From: Saccostrea cucullata
Lineage: Eukaryota
Length of the DNA: 64,000 nt
NCBI RefSeq assembly: GCF_032062105.1
Contig: NW_026936910.1
Location: forward strand, 1 to 64,000
Direction: 5' to 3'
The position numbers were made by a program, and so were the translations under genes. Of the stretch, positions 61,276 to 64,000 are shown in pieces. The notes beneath the pieces are model-generated. The model had not been told where the DNA came from. It saw only the letters and a program-made list of their open reading frames with translations, and ran no database searches. Position 1 is the first letter of the stretch; each line of letters starts with the position of its first letter.

Positions 61276-62337
61276 ATGTCGTCAAATTCCAAATCGGTGG
61301 GTACAAAACGTAAACACAATAGTCCCTCTGATAGCTCATCTAAAAACTCACGTAGAAGGTTCAGATCTTCATCATTACCAGATTTAAACGAACTTAGTGA
61401 TCAAACTGAACTTGAAAAAATGAACGGGAAAGATACAATCACCTCCGTCCCAGCCTCTAAAGATCTTTCTCAATGTAATCAAAGTTCATCTGTGAATGCT
61501 AATTCTTCTGCTACTGAAAACATTGGGGAGCCAGGTACTGATAAGCAACCCCCTTTTATCCAAACTCAGGGTAAAACTTTCAGTCTTCCAGAGTTAATAT
61601 TCAACTCCATGAACAGCCAAACTTTTATGGCGCAATTAATACCAGTGCTTGCAGAAGCTATCAAACCCTCCATCGAGTTAGCAGTCCAGTCTGTTTTCAG
61701 CTCATTAAATAAAACAATTCAGAACCAAGCTGAAACAATTACAAAACAAAATAAACAAATTGTTGATCTGACAGGGCGTTTAAAAAATTATGAAGAACAA
61801 AACACTGATCTACAAAATCAAATCTGGAATCTTGAGGATACAGTAGATGACCTAGAGCAGTACGGAAGGAGAAACTCCTTAAGATTTCACAATTGCCCGG
61901 TTCCCGACCAAGGCACGGACACTGATGCTAGAATAATTTCTATATGCAATCAGCACTTATCAATAGAGCTCTCAGAGGATGACATTTTTAGGTCACATCC
62001 CATTGGTAAACCCAACAAAGACGGCAATATTCAAATTATATGTCGCTTTAAAAATTGGAAAGTTAAAAATAAAATCTACACAGCGAAACGAATGCTAAAA
62101 GGCTCTACTGTATTTATAACCGAAGACCTCACTAAATACAGACAATCAATTGTCAAAGAACTGGCAAGTGCGAAACGTGCTGAAAAAGTGCATTCTTATT
62201 GGACAAGCGATGGACGGATATTTACCCAGTTGCAGGAAAAGGGACGCAAATACATGATCCAGTCTATTAGAGATCTGTATGATCTGGCCCCACCACAGTC
62301 CTATCCACCAGAGGATGTGTTTTCTGAGGACATGTAA
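61276..62337 (+). CDS. ORF1 of a CR1/L2-type LINE (coiled coil, RRM, CTD; L1-ORF1p-like)
   Basis: Coiled coil then LEQYGRRNSLRF, DIFRSHPIG, IICRF, FITEDLT, YWTSDGRIF. Confidence 0.88.
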   Translation: MSSNSKSVGTKRKHNSPSDSSSKNSRRRFRSSSLPDLNELSDQTELEKMNGKDTITSVPASKDLSQCNQSSSVNANSSATENIGEPGTDKQPPFIQTQGKTFSLPELIFNSMNSQTFMAQLIPVLAEAIKPSIELAVQSVFSSLNKTIQNQAETITKQNKQIVDLTGRLKNYEEQNTDLQNQIWNLEDTVDDLEQYGRRNSLRFHNCPVPDQGTDTDARIISICNQHLSIELSEDDIFRSHPIGKPNKDGNIQIICRFKNWKVKNKIYTAKRMLKGSTVFITEDLTKYRQSIVKELASAKRAEKVHSYWTSDGRIFTQLQEKGRKYMIQSIRDLYDLAPPQSYPPEDVFSEDM

Positions 62338-62846
62338 ATTCAGAACCCATTAACTATTTAATGGTGTCATCATTTCATCCACAAACTTGAAATCAAAAGT
62401 GTTTAAAGCGATTTTAAATTTGGTCTTTTCAAGTTAATAACTACTAATACATATCAGTATGGACTATTTATGATATTTCTTAATTGTTTACCCTAAACTC
62501 TCCCATTACAATTACAGTATGTTTACTGTTACTTGGAAAATCTTGTACATAGTACAAATACTTTTATTGTCTTTCAACAATGCTTCTGTCACTACGCGCC
62601 ATGTTTTGCCTAGTGACACAGAGGTGCCATTTTCCTCACGCTTGTTTACAATTTTTATTTTGTTTCCTTCATTATTGTTCTGTTCTTTTTTGTTTTTTGA
62701 TTTCTTTCTACACAAACTCTTTTTCAACGTTTTTTCGTTTTTATTTTTAACCAAAGGTCATACAAACAAATTTGCATGTTTACTTATTATATGTCTCCTT
62801 GTGGCTGGCTCAAATATTGCTTTATACGTCTCTCTATTTCTTGAAA

Positions 62847-64000
62847 ATGGCTAATTCAATAGAACAATATCGAGCTGCAATCGGACTTTTCTATTGTAAA
62901 TGTAGATGTACATCAAAATCTCTGCTATTCTACGTACTACGATTTAATGATGTTGTTTATTTTTTTATTGAGTGTCTTAATTATATTTGGAAAAATACCA
63001 AATGCTTATTGTCAAAAGGGGCGCAAGAAAACATTTTTTTAAATTATGTGTTACAAATTATGTACTTCCTTATTTTGTTGTCAGGCGACATAGAGACAAA
63101 TCCGGGGCCATCTCAAAGTATACAATCCACACTAGACATTTTTCATTTAAATGTGAGAAGTATTAGAAACAAGTTTGATAAGTTTCTGAGTATTGTGTCA
63201 GATTTCGATATTTTATGTTTCACAGAAACCCATCTTGATGCTAACATTTTAAATGAAGACATTGCTATTGACGGATTTAACTCAATTTTTCGTAAAGATA
63301 GAAACTCTCATGTGGGCGGTGTAATTACCGGTATATATGCATCTGACTCGTTGCGCACTAGTAGACGCCTTGATCTTGAACCTGTGAACCTTGAATGTGT
63401 ATGGGTAGAAATTAGCGATCCTACCTGCAATATCTTGCTCTGTTGTGTTTATCGTCCTCCTAACTCCGATAATTCCTTTTGGAAAAAATTCGAATGGTCT
63501 CTTGAAAAAGCTGTTGATATATCCGATAGAATATTAGTCATAGGTGACCTAAATGTAAACTTTTTAAATCTTCAAATCACACATGTAGTCAACGAAATTC
63601 TTTTAAAATACTCCTTTCAAAACACAGTATGCGACGCTACTAGAGTCACGAAAAACACGAAATCTCTCATAGACCCAATTCTTGTCAGCGAAAATTTACA
63701 TGCCGATGTACTGGACTCGGGGACAATAGATGTAGAACAATCTCTCAGCGATCACAAAGGCACATACATATATCTTAAATCACATACAATACAAGCACAA
63801 TCATATGAAAGGAAAATATGGCTATATAAAAATGCAGATTTTGAAACACTGAACACACTCATACGCAATACAGATTGGAATACACTTATTAATGACGCTA
63901 AAGATATAGATCAGGCGGAGAGTAATTTCTCAACAAGTTTTTTAAACCATGTTAAAAATTGTATTCCCGAAAAAACAGTAACGATTAGGCCTAAAGATAA
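62847..64000 (+). CDS. ORF2 of a CR1/L2-type LINE (5' part, runs off the window): leader, 2A-like peptide, APE endonuclease
   Basis: Open from ATG 62847 (MANSIEQYRAAIGLF) through LLSGDIETNPGP, HLNVRSIRNK, CFTETHL, RKDR, YRPP, GDLN, LIDPI, SDH, YKNADFE and DW to the window end. Confidence 0.9.
   Translation, partial: MANSIEQYRAAIGLFYCKCRCTSKSLLFYVLRFNDVVYFFIECLNYIWKNTKCLLSKGAQENIFLNYVLQIMYFLILLSGDIETNPGPSQSIQSTLDIFHLNVRSIRNKFDKFLSIVSDFDILCFTETHLDANILNEDIAIDGFNSIFRKDRNSHVGGVITGIYASDSLRTSRRLDLEPVNLECVWVEISDPTCNILLCCVYRPPNSDNSFWKKFEWSLEKAVDISDRILVIGDLNVNFLNLQITHVVNEILLKYSFQNTVCDATRVTKNTKSLIDPILVSENLHADVLDSGTIDVEQSLSDHKGTYIYLKSHTIQAQSYERKIWLYKNADFETLNTLIRNTDWNTLINDAKDIDQAESNFSTSFLNHVKNCIPEKTVTIRPKD
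63066..63110 (+). other. 2A-like StopGo ribosomal skipping motif
   Basis: FLILLSGDIETNPG|P matches the D(V/I)ExNPGP consensus, in frame just upstream of the APE domain. Confidence 0.85.

Overview
AT-rich, repeat-dense, intron-containing animal DNA. It is almost certainly a bivalve mollusc and probably a true oyster (Ostreidae), judged from the C1qDC cluster, Helentron-associated (HINE) elements carrying a ~166-bp Cg170/BIV160-like satellite, and Meta-domain SINEs. Genes reconstructed by hand from splice signals: (i) three tandem two-exon secreted C1q-domain genes on the minus strand, one intact, one with an AG->AT splice acceptor and one pseudogene; (ii) a head-to-head pair of apparently transposon-derived genes sharing a ~450-bp promoter, namely a minus-strand ORF resembling the N-terminal non-catalytic part of invertebrate P-like transposases and a five-exon, catalytically degenerate Crypton/DUF3504 tyrosine-recombinase-derived gene; (iii) a six-exon, 311-aa type I membrane protein with a single EMI domain, Thr-rich stalk, TM helix and tyrosine-motif tail, resembling a Draper/CED-1 receptor with no EGF repeats; (iv) a highly divergent class A GPCR lacking DRY and NPxxY. 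Mobile elements include a 5'-truncated Tx1/L1-clade LINE with TSDs, the 5' part of a CR1/L2-type LINE whose ORF2 carries a 2A-like StopGo motif (GDIETNPGP), Penelope-like 3' fragments, Tc1 remnants, and many MITEs with TA, 3-, 4-, 5-, 6- and 9-bp TSDs. The stretch ~20840-22330 looks like a chimeric assembly consensus, and there is an N gap at 1107-1239. All family assignments rest on motif recognition; no searches were run.
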